Notes: generated by a model not told the origin, from the sequence alone. A DNA stretch of 64,000 nt from an uncultured Verrucomicrobiae bacterium (GCA_963812605.1 CAWEWF010000005.1:320001-384000), one strand, 5' to 3'. Counted from the stretch's first letter, positions 1 through 12,099 are shown. Translations and numbers: made by a program.

Positions 1-262
1 CGGCGGTCACGCGATCACCGGTGCCACGCCTGTCACCCATGAAACCGTCCTCCGCCTCGCCGCCCACGGGCCGTACTTGGAATTTCGATTCGGCCACAGA
101 CACGACACGCTCGCGGAGAAACTCGACGCAGAACGGCGCTGGTCGGATGCGCGGGAGCGCGAAGAAGAGCGTCAGCGCGCCGACCAGACCGATGCGACTG
201 AACTGGATTTTCGCCGGCGGGTCCACGGATTACACGAAGGAGACTCGAAGGACACGAAGTGA
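1..262 (+). CDS. 3' end of a hypothetical protein running in from the window edge
   Basis: Frame +2 is open from base 2 to TGA at 260-262 (GGHAITGA...DSKDTK); no family recognised. Confidence 0.35.
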   Translation, partial: GGHAITGATPVTHETVLRLAAHGPYLEFRFGHRHDTLAEKLDAERRWSDAREREEERQRADQTDATELDFRRRVHGLHEGDSKDTK

Positions 263-474
263 GGTGGACGATAGGGCGCGGGATCGGCGGATGGATAAGG
301 CTCGACTTCCTATCGACGCGTTGCTAGACTCGACTTGTTAGCAAGCGGGTGAGGGAACGTCTGGCAGAGAAGCGTCGGGTATGAACAAGTGGATTTTTAC
401 AGGTGTTTTACTTAGCGGATTTCTGAACTGCGGTACAATCGTGTCGTAAGCAAGGCCACACACTTGAGGACATC

Positions 475-1907
475 ATGAGGCCGCGAACTGCACTGTTGCT
501 GGTTGGTCTGCTACTGGGATTACATGTTCTCGGCTCCATAATTCCTAATGTCGACGCACAGACGCTGACGATTCTTTGGTCGTTCACCAACGGAGTCGAT
601 GGCGCCGGTCCGTATGCCGGGCTGGTTCAAGGCAGTGACGGGAACTTCTACGGTACGACGGAAGGTCGGTCGGGAACTGTGTTTCGGATCAGTCCGAGCG
701 GCACTTTCACGAATTTGCACACGTTCACCGGCATCGATGGAGTCCATCCTGCTGCCGGGCTCGTGCAGGGCATCGATGGCAATTTCTATGGCACTACCAG
801 GTTTTCCGGGACTACTGAATCTACCCGGCACCGTGTTTCGGATTAGTCCGGGTGGCAGCTTCACGAATCTACACATATTCAGCGGTAGTGATGGATCTGG
901 ACCGGTTGGAGGGCTCGTACAAGGGAACGACGGAAATTTCTACGGTACAACCTACGCTGGTGGGACAAGCAATGTGGGCACTGTGTTTCGGATCAGTCCG
1001 ATAGGCAACTTCACGACTTTGTATTCATTTAGTGGCATTGATGGGGCAGGGCCAGGAGGCGTCCTGGTGCAAGGGAACGACGGTAATTTCTACGGAACAG
1101 GCTCCTGCGGCGGGGCGTTCACAAACAATGCTCCCGGCGGCACGATCTTCCCCGGCTGACGGTACGGTGTTCCGTATCAGTCCGGGCGATAGCTTCACGA
1201 ATCTGTACTCGTTTAGTGGCGGTGATGGGAGTCTTCCCATTGGGGGATTGGTGGTGGGCTCCGACGGCAATTTCTACGGCACGACCTTTTATGGGGGGAC
1301 GAATGGCAACAATGGCACCGTGTTCCGGGTCACTCCGAGCGGCAGCCTTACGATGCTTTGGTCATTTACGGACGGTAGCGACGGAGCTGCGCCCAATGCC
1401 GCGTTAGTGCGAGGTAGCGATGGAAACTTATACGGAACGACTTTGGCAGGCGGGCCGACCTTCTTATTTAACGGCACGTTGTTCCGAATCACTCTAAGCG
1501 GCAGCTTGACGAATCTGTACTCTTTCAGTCTCAGCAACGGAGGCGGTCCGACTGCCGGCCTGGTACAAGGCAGCGACGGGAGTTTCTATGGCACGACTGA
1601 GAGTGGCGGGACAAGCACCAACTGTTATAACGGCTGCGGCATGGTTTTCAAGCTTCCTGTCCTGCTTAATCCTCCAGCCAATGAAATCAGTCAAATTCAG
1701 TTGTCGGGCACTGACATTGTTATTGGTATTCCGTCGGTGGCGTACGAGACCTATCAATTGCAGTTTAGCAGTTCGATGACTCCTACCAACTGGGTCAATG
1801 TGCCCGGTGTATCGGTGACCAACAGCATTGGGGCGCTCCTGACGCTGACCAACTTTGGCGGGGCTTTGGAGCCGCAAGGGTTCTACCGGTTCGACATCAC
1901 GCCGTAG
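475..1907 (+). CDS. Secreted Gloeobacter/Verrucomicrobia (GloVer) tandem-repeat beta-propeller-like protein; two apparent frameshifts
   Basis: Signal peptide; about 7 repeats of [14 protein letters not shown]...[14 protein letters not shown](H/Y) spread over ORFs 475-846, 599-1159 and 1032-1907; C-terminal YQLQ...NW...FYR anchor-like domain. Confidence 0.85.
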
Positions 1908-1955
1908 GTGAAGTGGGAATTGGCTGCGGAGAATTCCACCAATCGACAACCCGGT

Positions 1956-2059
1956 TGTAGGGCGGGATGCCCCCGTCCGACGGGTGTATCCCGCCGCACG
2001 ACGCATCAAATGCCGAAGGAAACGGCGGGATACCTACACGACAGGCATCCCGCCGTACA
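1956..2059. repeat. GTAG-type REP/REPIN-like nested inverted repeat
   Basis: TGTAGGGCGGGATGCC (1956-1971) pairs with GGCATCCCGCCGTACA (2044-2059); inner pair GTATCCCGCCG / CGGCGGGATAC. Confidence 0.7.
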
Positions 2060-2111
2060 ATTCGGTGGTGATCCGCTTAATATCGCCTCCAGTGAAAACG
2101 CTTTCCAGAAA

Positions 2112-2162
2112 TATCGTATATCGATAATTTTGCTGGACGGCTTGCTGCGGATTGGGCATAGT
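2112..2162 (+). promoter_or_regulatory. Element copy 1: TATCG-N5-CGATA palindrome plus sigma70-like promoter
   Basis: TATCGTATATCGATA 2112-2126; TGGACG 2134-2139, 17 bp, CATAGT 2157-2162; homologous to 21019-21070 and 63597-63648. Confidence 0.7.
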
Positions 2163-2324
2163 TCCGGAACGGCAAAGCTGCGACGAGTCGCAGCACTCCA
2201 AAGGGAGAGCAGGAATTGGGAAACGGAAGGATACAGGCGGGACGCCTGTTCAACTCGATGCCGGAATGACACTCCGTCATGCGACGGAGCGCCACTATCG
2301 GCGGAGAAGAGAGGGGCCCATATA

Positions 2325-2435
2325 GTGTTTCTGCGAAACGAACCGGATCGGAATTTGGTATTTTTCTGGCAGATGTATCAGGACGAGAGGAAGTTATGTC
2401 GTGAGGGTGAATTTTTTCAATCCGGTTCGTTTTTT
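2325..2435 (+). repeat. Element copy 1: 97-bp inverted-repeat-bounded module
   Basis: GTGTTTCTGCG-AAACGAACCGGAT (arm 2336-2348) ... ATCCGGTTCGTTT (2420-2432). Confidence 0.85.
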
Positions 2436-2536
2436 GGATTGGCGAAGTTGGGAGACCTTCGGTCGAGCAGCGTGCGCGGTCGGGTCCCGAAAGAGGTTGG
2501 GGTAAAAGACCGGCGCACAAACGAGAGAATGGATTT

Positions 2537-2574
2537 AACGTCCAACGTTCAACGCTCAACTTTCAACGTCCAAC
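2537..2574. repeat. Heptamer tandem repeat (CAACGTY-like, about 5 units)
   Basis: aacgtcc aacgttc aacgctc aactttc aacgtcc aac. Confidence 0.75.
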
Positions 2575-2718
2575 ACGAAGGGGAACTTGGCATGGCGGGC
2601 CGGGCAGAGAACACGGCGGTCATAGACCGCCGCTACAAGGGCAACTTGAGGGCAGGGGTCGCGACGGGGACGCTGCTTCACAGGGGCGGCCTACATTACC
2701 CGGTTATGCCGCTCCGCG

Positions 2719-2747
2719 TTGACACACCACACTGTGCGTGATAGTTT
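2719..2747 (+). promoter_or_regulatory. sigma70 promoter of ileS
   Basis: TTGACA-17bp-TAGTTT with TG extension, 24 nt before ATG 2772. Confidence 0.65.
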
Positions 2748-2771
2748 TGCGCGCTCTTGGCGGGGCGCACC

Positions 2772-5564
2772 ATGGCTGAGACCCAATTGAATTACAAAGA
2801 TACGCTGAACCTTCCGCAGACGGACTTCCCGATGAAGGCCAACCTGCCGCAGCGCGAGCCGGAGATGTTGGGGCGCTGGGAGACGGGGCAGCTCTACGAG
2901 AAGATCATGTGGGCCCGCCGCGCCGCGCCGCTGTTTGTCCTGCACGACGGTCCGCCGTTTGCCAACGGCGATGCGCACATCGGCCACGTGCTCAACAAGA
3001 CCCTCAAGGACGTCGTGGTGAAGTACAAGACGATGAGTGGTTTTTGCGCGCCGTACGTGCCGGGGTGGGATTGCCACGGATTGCCCATCGAATTCAAGGT
3101 CACCCAGGAAATGCGCAAGGCGGGCGATACCACGGCGGACCCGGCGATGATTCGACAGGCGTGCGACGCTTATGCGCGCAAGTACATCGACATCCAGCGC
3201 ACGCAATTCAAGCGCCTCGGCATCTTGGGGGACTGGGAGCATCCGTACCTGACGCTCAACAAGGAATATGAGGCGGACGAATTGCGGTTGTTCGCGGACA
3301 TCGTGGAGAAGGGGTTCGTTTATCGCGGCAAGAAGCCGATCTACTGGTGCGCGACGTGTCGCACGGCATTGGCGGAAGCCGAAGTGGAATATGCCGACCA
3401 CGTTTCCCCGTCGGTCTATGTGAAGTTTCCCGTGAAAGGTCGGGACAAGGAGTTCGTGGTCATCTGGACGACGACTCCCTGGACCTTGCCGGCCAACCTC
3501 GCGATTGCGGTGAAACCCGATTTGACCTACGTCCGCGTGAAAGCGCCCAACGGCGAAACGTGGATCCTGGCCGAAGGGCTTGTCGAGCGGGTCGGTCAGG
3601 CCTGCGGAGTTGAGTTGGTCGTACAACAGAAGGTTTCCGTTGACGAACTCGAACGACTGGTCACGCGTCATCCGTTTATTGAGCGGGACTCGCCAGTGGT
3701 CTTTTCGCCCTACGTGACGTTGGAGCAGGGGACGGGTCTGGTGCACACGGCGCCTGGCCACGGCGCGGAGGACTACGAGATCGGCGAGAAATATGGACTG
3801 GAAACGCTCGCGCCCGTCGATGATGGTGGCGTTTTCACGAAAGAGGCGGGACAGTTCGCGGGTCAATTTGTCTTCAAGGCCAACAAGACCATCGTCGAGC
3901 ATCTCCAGGCCATCGGGGCGCTGGCGGGATACGCCGAGGTCAAGCACTCGTATCCGCATTGCTGGCGTTGCAAGAACCCGATCATCTTTCGCGCGATGGA
4001 ACAGTGGTTTCTCGCGCTCGATCACCAGGACCTGCGGCAGCGCGCCCTGGAAGAAGTGCGCACGGTGAAATGGGTGCCGCAATGGGGCGAGAACCGCATC
4101 GCGGGCACAATCGCGCAGCGCCCGGATTGGTGTATTTCGCGACAACGCTCGTGGGGCGTACCGATCCCGGCGTTTTACGACGCGGAAGGCCAACCGATTC
4201 TCGACGCGCAGATTGTCCGAGGCGCCGCCGACCTGGTTGAGAAGTATGGCTCGAACGTCTGGTTCGAAAAATCCGTCGCGGAACTTTGGTCGGCATTGAA
4301 GCCGAAGGATTGGAAGGGGGCCGAGGCGGTGACCAAGTCCAACGACACGCTCGACGTGTGGATCGATTCTGGCTCGTCTTCGCGGGCGGTTTTGATGCGA
4401 CGGCCCGAACTGAAGCACGCGGCGGCCGACGCGAAACACCCGGCCTGGCAGGCGGACTTATATATGGAAGGCAGCGACCAGCATCGCGGCTGGTTCCAAT
4501 CTTCCCTGCTGCTTTCCGTGGCGGGCAACGGTGTTGCGCCTTTCCGGGCGGTGGCGACGCATGGTTTTCTCGTCATCCAGGTCGAGGAGACCGGGAAGAA
4601 ACAAAAGATTTCGAAGTCAGCCGGCAAACCGGCCAATTCGGAGGAGTACGTCAAGCGCTTCGGGGCGGATGTCCTGCGGCTCTGGGTGGTTTCGGAGGAC
4701 TACCAGGGAGACGTGCCGTTGTCGGAGGAGATTTTTGAGCGAGTCTCCGAAACCTATCGTAAGGTGCGCAACACCCTGCGGATTCTGCTGGCGAACCTCT
4801 ATGATTTCGATCCGGCAAAACACGCGGTGCCGCACGGGAAACTGGCGGAGATCGACCGCTGGTTGCTGTCGCGTTTGCAGGCGCTCGTTGCCGATTTGAC
4901 CGAAGCGTATGAGAACCTGGAATTCCATCGCGTGTACCATTTGGTGAACGCTTTCTGCGCGGTGGAAATCTCGTCCTTTTACGTTGACGTAATGAAAGAC
5001 CCGTTGTATACGCTTGCGCCCAATTCGGCGGAACGGCGGTCGGCGCAGACCGCGATTTTTGAGACGGTGGCGACGCTGGCGAAGGTGCTGGCGCCGATTG
5101 TGCCGTTCACGGCGGACGAAGTCTGGAGCTTCCTGCCAGCGCGGGAGACAGAGTCGGTGCATTTGGCGAAGTTTCCGGTGGCGGACGCGAAGCGGCGCGA
5201 CACGGAACTGGAAGCGCGCTGGGAACGGTTGCTGGAAGTCCGCCGCGTGGCCTCGCTGGAGTTGGAGAAGGCGCGCCAGGGCAAGACGATTGGCAAGTCG
5301 CTCGAAGCGCGGGTGGAAATCGAGGCGAACAACGACGCGACGCGCGACTTGCTGTCGGCGCTCGGGTCAGCGCTGGAGACGGTGTTGATTGTGTCGCAAG
5401 TTCAGGTCGCGCCCTTGACGGGAGGCGAATTACGGGTGAAGGTCAGCCCGGCTTCCGGCCGCAAATGTGTGCGGTGCTGGCGGTGGACCGAGGATGTGGG
5501 CGCCGACGCGGCGCATCCGGAACTGTGCGGGCGCTGCGCGGAGGTCGTGAAACAGCGGGCGTGA
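2772..5564 (+). CDS. ileS: Isoleucine--tRNA ligase
   Basis: YKDTLNLPQTDFPMKANL start, HDGPPFANG..HIGH, GWDCHGLPIE, DWCISRQR, EGSDQHRGWF, KISKS (KMSKS variant), C-terminal CxRC...CxRC zinc finger. Confidence 0.98.
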   Translation: MAETQLNYKDTLNLPQTDFPMKANLPQREPEMLGRWETGQLYEKIMWARRAAPLFVLHDGPPFANGDAHIGHVLNKTLKDVVVKYKTMSGFCAPYVPGWDCHGLPIEFKVTQEMRKAGDTTADPAMIRQACDAYARKYIDIQRTQFKRLGILGDWEHPYLTLNKEYEADELRLFADIVEKGFVYRGKKPIYWCATCRTALAEAEVEYADHVSPSVYVKFPVKGRDKEFVVIWTTTPWTLPANLAIAVKPDLTYVRVKAPNGETWILAEGLVERVGQACGVELVVQQKVSVDELERLVTRHPFIERDSPVVFSPYVTLEQGTGLVHTAPGHGAEDYEIGEKYGLETLAPVDDGGVFTKEAGQFAGQFVFKANKTIVEHLQAIGALAGYAEVKHSYPHCWRCKNPIIFRAMEQWFLALDHQDLRQRALEEVRTVKWVPQWGENRIAGTIAQRPDWCISRQRSWGVPIPAFYDAEGQPILDAQIVRGAADLVEKYGSNVWFEKSVAELWSALKPKDWKGAEAVTKSNDTLDVWIDSGSSSRAVLMRRPELKHAAADAKHPAWQADLYMEGSDQHRGWFQSSLLLSVAGNGVAPFRAVATHGFLVIQVEETGKKQKISKSAGKPANSEEYVKRFGADVLRLWVVSEDYQGDVPLSEEIFERVSETYRKVRNTLRILLANLYDFDPAKHAVPHGKLAEIDRWLLSRLQALVADLTEAYENLEFHRVYHLVNAFCAVEISSFYVDVMKDPLYTLAPNSAERRSAQTAIFETVATLAKVLAPIVPFTADEVWSFLPARETESVHLAKFPVADAKRRDTELEARWERLLEVRRVASLELEKARQGKTIGKSLEARVEIEANNDATRDLLSALGSALETVLIVSQVQVAPLTGGELRVKVSPASGRKCVRCWRWTEDVGADAAHPELCGRCAEVVKQRA

Positions 5565-5590
5565 AAAATGCAGTGGGATCGACAGTGTTT

Positions 5591-6229
5591 ATGAAGAAAC
5601 AAGCCAGGAAAATCAAAATCGAGAAACCGAAAGCGGTTACCAAAAAGGGGACCATGGGGACAACTGCAAAAGTCAAAGCGGCGCCGAAAGAGAAAGTGTC
5701 AAAAGCGGAGGCGAAGAAGCGAGCGGCAGCGCTGGCGATCGCCGCCGAAGCCGAGCGTCCGGCGAAGACGCTGAAACTTTCCAAGGATGACTCGACGAAG
5801 TTCAAGAAACTGCTGCTCGATTTGCGCGATCATCTCATCGACGGCGTGAATTTCCTGGCCAGCGACAACCTCAAGCGCACCCAGCGCGATGCGTCGGGTG
5901 AATTGAGCAATTACAGCCTGCACATGGCGGACGCCGGGACCGATAATTTCGACCGTGAATTTGCCCTGAGCCTGGTGTCGAACGAACAGGAAGCGCTGTA
6001 TGAAATTGAGGAGGCGCTCAAGCGGCTGGAGCACAGCACGTATGGCGTTTGCGGCAACTGCGAGAAGAACATCATGAAGGCGCGGCTGGAGGCGGTGCCG
6101 TTTGCGCGGCTGTGCGTGAACTGCCAGTCCGAGATTGAAAAAGATCATCATCGGCCGGCGCCGCAGGGGCCGATGTTTACCGAGGCCGCCGACGAAGATG
6201 GCGGCGACGCGGAGGAGTCCGAGGAGTAA
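5591..6229 (+). CDS. dksA: DksA/TraR C4 zinc-finger protein with Lys/Ala-rich N-terminal extension
   Basis: HMADAGTD coiled-coil tip; YGVCGNC...RLEAVPFARLCVNC. Confidence 0.88.
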   Translation: MKKQARKIKIEKPKAVTKKGTMGTTAKVKAAPKEKVSKAEAKKRAAALAIAAEAERPAKTLKLSKDDSTKFKKLLLDLRDHLIDGVNFLASDNLKRTQRDASGELSNYSLHMADAGTDNFDREFALSLVSNEQEALYEIEEALKRLEHSTYGVCGNCEKNIMKARLEAVPFARLCVNCQSEIEKDHHRPAPQGPMFTEAADEDGGDAEESEE

Positions 6230-6243
6230 CCCCGGGGCGTGCC

Positions 6244-6726
6244 ATGCAATGGGTCGCGCTCATCGCTGTCACGGTGGCCGTCCTCGATCAACTGACGAAG
6301 TGGCTCGTGGTGCGTTTCATCGGGCCGGAGGAATCCTGGGTGATCATCAGCGGCTTCTTCAACCTTGTCAACTGGAGCAACACCGGCGCTGCGTGGGGCA
6401 TCTTTCAACATTACAATCTCGTCCTGGCGATCATTTCGCTGGTTACGGTGCTGGCGCTCTATCTGTTCCGGCGTTCCTTCCAGCTACAGCACTGGGGTCC
6501 GCGCATCGCGCTCGGACTGATCACGGGCGGGATCATTGGCAATCTCATTGACCGGATTCGCGTCGGCTACGTGATTGATTTTCTTTCTTTCTATGTCGGC
6601 CAATACCATTGGCCGGCCTTTAATGTGGCCGATAGCGCGATTTGCGTGGGAGTGGGGTTGTACATTATCCTGTCGTGGCGCAATGACGCGGCGGAACGGA
6701 AGCGCCAGCCGGCAATTTCATCGTAG
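6244..6726 (+). CDS. lspA: Lipoprotein signal peptidase II
   Basis: LDQLTK, NTGAAWG, GNLIDR, VIDF, FNVAD motifs. Confidence 0.96.
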   Translation: MQWVALIAVTVAVLDQLTKWLVVRFIGPEESWVIISGFFNLVNWSNTGAAWGIFQHYNLVLAIISLVTVLALYLFRRSFQLQHWGPRIALGLITGGIIGNLIDRIRVGYVIDFLSFYVGQYHWPAFNVADSAICVGVGLYIILSWRNDAAERKRQPAISS

Positions 6727-6749
6727 GGCGCGCAGGTTAAAGCCTGCGG

Positions 6750-7552
6750 CTAAAGATTGTACAACTCGCGTTTGCGCCTTTCAAACTTCGCCAACTGCCG
6801 GCAATTCTTCCGTTTCAGGAATGCTTCGACTTCGCGGAACTTGAGGCCGACCTGATCCGGCGCGTGCGCGTCCGAGTTGACCGTGAGCGGGATGCCGAGC
6901 GCCAGCGCCTCTTCGACAAGGGGAAGCATCGGGTAGGGCTGTGGCTCGGGCAACTCGGAGTGGCGATACCCCGAGGTGTTGATCTCCAGGCAAATTCCCG
7001 CCGCTTTGATTTCCTGCAAGGTACGGGTGACATCTTCGGCTTCGCGCTCACCGGGCAGGAGGCCGGTGCGTTTCACCACATCGAAATGCGCCACGATATC
7101 GCACAGGCCGCTGCGCGCCAATTGCCGCAGACGCTCGAAATAACGGGTGTAGAGCGCATGCGCATCACCGGCGAACGGGCGCGGCCACGATGACTCGCGG
7201 CAGGCGTTGTCGAGAAAGTGGATTGAGCCAATCACATAGTCCCACGGATAGCGCGCGAGTTGCTGCGCGAGATAATCCTCGAGGCCCTCGAGGTAATCCA
7301 TCTCCAGGCCGAGCATCACGTCGATCTTGCCGCGGTAACGAAAACGCAGTTCCGTCACGCGCTCCACATAGTAGTGGACTCCGCTTCCGTCATCCGCACG
7401 TTGCGGCTGCGGCCGTCGGGCAGGGGATTGTGGTCGGAAAAACCGATTTCGCGCAGCCCGAGTTCAATGCCACGCTCGACGTAGTCCTCCATCGGTCCCG
7501 CGGCATGTTTGCACAGGGGCGTATGCATGTGATAATCGCACTGGATGGGCAT
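6750..7552 (-). CDS. PHP-family histidinol-phosphatase (HisJ/HisK-like); frameshift near 7370
   Basis: DYHMHT..CKHA, GFSDHNP, GLEMDY, GSIH, AHFD, EINTSG, SDAH split over ORFs 7355-7588 and 6750-7367. Confidence 0.88.
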
Positions 7553-7559
7553 GGCGCTG

Positions 7560-7610
7560 ACTGTAACGGCGGAGCGGCGCGTTGACAATGACTTTGGCCG
7601 ATTCTAGTAT
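7560..7610. promoter_or_regulatory. Overlapping divergent sigma70 promoters, both apparently leaderless
   Basis: Plus: TTGACA 7582-87, 17 bp, TAGTAT 7605-10, ATG 8 nt later. Minus: TTGTCA 7588-83, 17 bp, TACAGT 7565-60, ATG 7 nt later. Confidence 0.7.
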
Positions 7611-7618
7611 CGCGGCGC

Positions 7619-8389
7619 ATGGAAACGCCGATCGTCTTTGAATCCAAAGGCCAGCAAGTAGTGGGGATGTTACATTTGCCGGAGGGAACGGGCCGATTTC
7701 CCGCGGCGTTGCTACTGCACGGATTCACCGGCACGAAGGTCGAGCCGCACCGCATGTTTGTGAAAATCTCGCGGACTCTTGCCGAGCATGGGATCGCCAG
7801 CCTGCGTTTTGATTTTCGTGGTTCTGGCGATAGCGCGGGCGACTTCGAAGACATGACGATCCGGTCGGAAGTGGCCGATTCCTTGGAGGCGATCAAGTTC
7901 CTCCGCGTCACAAACGCATCAACTCGCGACGGCTGGCGCTGATCGGGATGAGCATGGGCGGCGCGATTGCGGCGCACGTTGTCGCCCGCGAGAAACATCG
8001 CATCAAATCACTGGTGCTCCTGGCGCCCGTGGCGGAAGGCGAGGGCATTCTTGATGAATTGTCCACGCCCGAGGCGGTTTCTTCGCTGGCCGAAACCGGT
8101 ATCACCGACCATGACGGCAATCTTGTCGGCGTGGCTTTCATTCGGCAGTTCGCGGAAATGAGGCCATTGCGCGAGGTGGTAAAATCCGCCTGTCCCGTGC
8201 TCATCGTCCACGGCTCGAAGGCCAGACCGTGCCCGCCCTGCATGGGGATATGTACGAGCGCGTGCTACAGGCGCACAAGCGGGTGGTCAAGAAGGTGATC
8301 ATCCCGGAGCGGACCACACATTCAACAAGCACATCTGGGAAATGCGCGTCCTGACGGAAACGGTCGATTGGTTGGGCGAGACGATGTAA
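7619..8389 (+). CDS. Alpha/beta hydrolase (esterase/peptidase S9-like); frameshifted
   Basis: LLHGFTG, RFDFRGSGDS, G-M-S-M-G nucleophile elbow, LIVHG, GADH-like motif across frames. Confidence 0.85.
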
Positions 8390-8421
8390 CGGCGAGTGCC
8401 CGTTTTCCCAAAACGTTTCTG

Positions 8422-9853
8422 CTATTTCCACGTGAGGGTCGTAACTGAATCCGACGGTAGGTCGACTTTGACTTGGTTCGATCCATCGCGCAACTGCACT
8501 GTCGTTGGGGTTTTGCCATTGTTTGTCAGAACGGCGGCGAACTGACCGTCAGGATTCACAACCGCTATATGCTGTACATTTTCGATTTCTCCCTCCGACC
8601 CGATCACGACGGCATTGCGTTGCATGGCGCGCGCATAATGCGCAAACGCCCAGAACTGCCCGCTGCGGGCAACTTCGTTTGTTTGGGAATTAATCGTTAC
8701 CAAACCCGCGCACTTATAGGGACCGATGTTTGGCTTGCCGGTTTCATCCAGCGCCATGTTCCAGCCGATGATGCCACGCATGCCGTTGCGCAGGATCCCG
8801 GTGAATTTTGAGCTCCACTTCGACCAGCAGGTTGCGTAGTCCTCATCGTCGAAGTGCTGGCCGCCTTCCGTCCAGTACATTTCAGCCTCTGGATGCACCG
8901 CCAGAACTTTCTCGACCCATTCTGGTTTCCCCACGTAGCCGTGCCAGGCGATGGCCGTCGTATATTTGTTTACGTTTGTGTCATCGAGTTCGGCTATGGC
9001 GCGGCCCCCAGAGATTGTAATTATGGTCCAGAAGCCAGATTTTCGTCTTCAAACCAGCGCTTTCCAACACCGGCCCGAGATTTTGGCTCACGTAGCGAAC
9101 TTCAATTTCCTGTGGAAAAAGGCACGCGGGCATTTTGCTGTCCTGGTCGGTATCGACTTCGTTTTGAGAACTGACAGCGTTGATTTCCACGCCTTCCTTT
9201 TCGTAGGCTTGCAAAAACTTCACAAAATAATCCGCATAGGCTCCGAGGTAGTGCGCGCGGATGGTGCCGCCAAACATGGCATTATTATCCTTCATCCAAC
9301 CCGGTGGACTCCAGGGCGACGCGAATAGATACAAATCCGGATTGATCTCCCGCGCGCGGCGAACGATCGGCAGAATGTACGCGCGGTCATGCTCAATGGA
9401 GAAACGCTCGAGTTGTGGGTCAGGCTCGCCTTCGTCGAAACTGTACATGGTTTTTGCATAGTCGCTCGATCCAATGCACAAGCGGCAGAGGCTAAAACCC
9501 ATTTCCTTCGGGTCAAAAAGCTCGTGGAGCAACTTGTCGCGCTCGGCTTCAGGAAGTTGGTTGATCATGTAGCAGGCGGCATCCGTTAAAGCGGCGCCAA
9601 AACCGAGGATGGGCTGCTGTTTTTTCCCGGGCAGAATCACGATGGTGTTCGTGCTGGCTTTACCGGATACCCGGCGCCAGCGCAGCGGGTCAACCAGGGC
9701 ATAGCGTTTATCGGCAGCGGTGACCCGCACGGTAATGCTACCTTCGGGCCGCGGTTCCTTCGTCTGCGCGAAGGTGCTTGTGGGGCATTTTCCAGCCAGA
9801 AACAAGACCACGGCGATCATCTTCCAGAAATCATGGCGACTGTGTGGAAACAT
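8422..9853 (-). CDS. Glycoside hydrolase family 30 (glucosylceramidase-like), secreted; frameshift near 9000
   Basis: QPILGFGAALTDAA, IGSSDY, ASPWSPPGWMK, QNE acid/base, DHNYNL, WTEG nucleophile, WNMALDETGKPNIG. Confidence 0.9.
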
Positions 9854-10033
9854 TTTCATCTCCAATGTTTGCTCGAGTTTTGGTTGTGGTGCAGCTTGCC
9901 CGATGACCCGTCTGAGCAACACCGAGAATGCCGCAAGATCGATGTCGCTACCAGCGTTTTCTGGCAGGCGTGACCAGGAAAGTCCGACGTAGTGATATTG
10001 CGGATCGCCATGGCTGTGTTAGATTCGTACCCG

Positions 10034-12099
10034 ATGCCTTTCGACCTTGTCAGCAAATATAAGCCACGCGGGGACCAGCCGCAGGCGATCAAAGCGTTGA
10101 CCGAATCGATCCAGGCGGGGAACCGCTACCAGACGCTCCTGGGCGTCACGGGCAGCGGCAAAACGTTTACAATGGCGAATGTCATCCAGAACCTGGATCG
10201 ACCGACGCTGGTCATTTCGCATAACAAGACCCTTGCGGCGCAACTCTTCAGCGAATTCAAGCAATTCTTCCCCCATAATGCAGTGGAATATTTCGTCAGT
10301 TACTACGATTACTACCAACCGGAGGCGTACATCCCGCAGACGGATACTTACATCGAGAAGGACTCGGCGATTAACGAGCAGATCGAAAAGCTGCGGCTTT
10401 CCGCCACGAGTTCGTTGTTGTCACGGCGCGACGTAATCGTGGTTTCCAGCGTCTCGTGCATTTACGGCCTGGGCTCGCCCGAGGATTACTTTGAAATGAT
10501 GGCGCGGATCGAGGTGGGAAGTGAGATGGGCCGCGAGGATCTGCTGCGGAAGTTTGTGGACATGCAGTACAACCGCAATGATGTCGAGTTCGAGCGCGGG
10601 AATTTCCGCGTGCGCGGTGACACGGTCGAGATTTGCCCGAGCTACACCGAGGACGCGGTGCGCATCGAATTTTTTGGCGACCGCGTGGAGCAGATCACGC
10701 GTTTCGAGCCGTTGACGGGCCACAAGATTGAAACCAACAGCTCGGTTTCGATTTATCCCGCCAAGCACTGGGTCATGCCCTATTCGAAAATTGTGCGGGC
10801 CTTCGAAGCCATCAAGGCCGAGATGAAAGACCGCGTCGCCTGGTTCGAATCGCAGAACAAACTTGTGGAAGCGCAGCGATTGTATTCGCGGACCACGTAC
10901 GACCTGGAAATGCTCAAGGAAATGGGCTTCTGCGGCGGCATCGAGAATTACTCGCGCCATCTTAGCAATCGCACCGGGCGAACGGCCATTTACGTTGATG
11001 GATTTCTTCCCGAAGGATTACCTGCTGATTATCGATGAATCGCACGTCACGGTCTCACAAATCGGCGCCATGTACGCGGGAGATCGTTCGCGCAAGACGA
11101 CGCTGGTGGAACACGGCTTCCGACTGCCCTCGGCGCTCGACAATCGACCGTTGAACTCGACGGAGTTCGAGACGCTGGTCAACCAGTGTACGTTCGTTTC
11201 CGCCACACCAGGGCCGACCGAGATCAGCCGCAGCGCGGTGGTCGCGGAGCAGATTATCCGGCCGACCGGCCTGATTGATCCGGCGGTGACGATCAAGCCG
11301 CTGAAGGGACAGATTGATGATCTCATCGAACAATGTCGCGCGCGGGCCGAGAAACACGAGCGCGTGCTGGTGACGACGTTGACCAAGCGCACTTCGGAAG
11401 ACCTCACCGACTACCTTCGTGAAGTCGGCATTCGCGTGAAGTATCTGCACAGTGAAATCGACGCAATCGAACGCGTCGAGGTACTGCGCGGATTTCGCGC
11501 TGCGGATTTTGACGTGCTGGTGGGCATCAACCTGTTGCGGGAGGGGCTCGATTTGCCGGAAATGTCGCTGGTGGCGATCCTGGACGCCGACAAGGAAGGT
11601 TTCCTGCGCAGCGCCACGTCGTTGATCCAGACGGCGGGGCGCGCCGCGCGTCATATCAACGCGGCGGTTATTCTCTACGCCGATGTGATGACCGATTCGA
11701 TCAAGAAATTTCTCCAGACCACCGAGTATCGTCGCACCAAGCAACTGGCGTACAACAAAGAGCACGGCATCACTCCCAAGACGGTGAAACGCGAATTGCA
11801 ACTGAGTCTCGCCGATCTCACGAAGGCGCGCGCTGTGGAAGCTTCGGTGGTTCGCGAAGCCCCGGCGGCTACGAGACGGCGAAGCTGCTGCGTGAATTGG
11901 AAGCGGAGATGTTGGAGGCGGCGGAGAACCTGCAATTTGAGAAGGCGGAGATCCTGCGCGACCAGATTGACGAACTCAAGAAGGGCGAACCCGGCGGATT
12001 TGCCGATTCGCCGAAGCCCCGGCCCGTCGTCAGGTGAAGTACGACCGCAAATTGAAGGTCAATGTGGTGAAGAAGACGCGTCCCGCCAAGGCGCAATGA
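10034..12099 (+). CDS. uvrB: Excinuclease ABC subunit B; frameshifts near 10975, 11865 and probably 12030 (3' end 12037 or 12099)
   Basis: [53 protein letters not shown]-terminal UVR motif ([17 protein letters not shown]). Confidence 0.96.

Noticed and set aside
2336-2432. Element read as a CRISPR array or integron attC site
   Set aside because: Copies are dispersed rather than tandem, no cas or intI gene is in the window, and no RYYYAAC inverse core pairs with the GTTA.
1908-2741. 277-aa ORF, and similar ORFs at 21038-21274 and 63651-63848, with FLRNEP/CETNP peptides
   Set aside because: These are translations of the non-coding repeat element; the shared motif falls in different frames in different copies.
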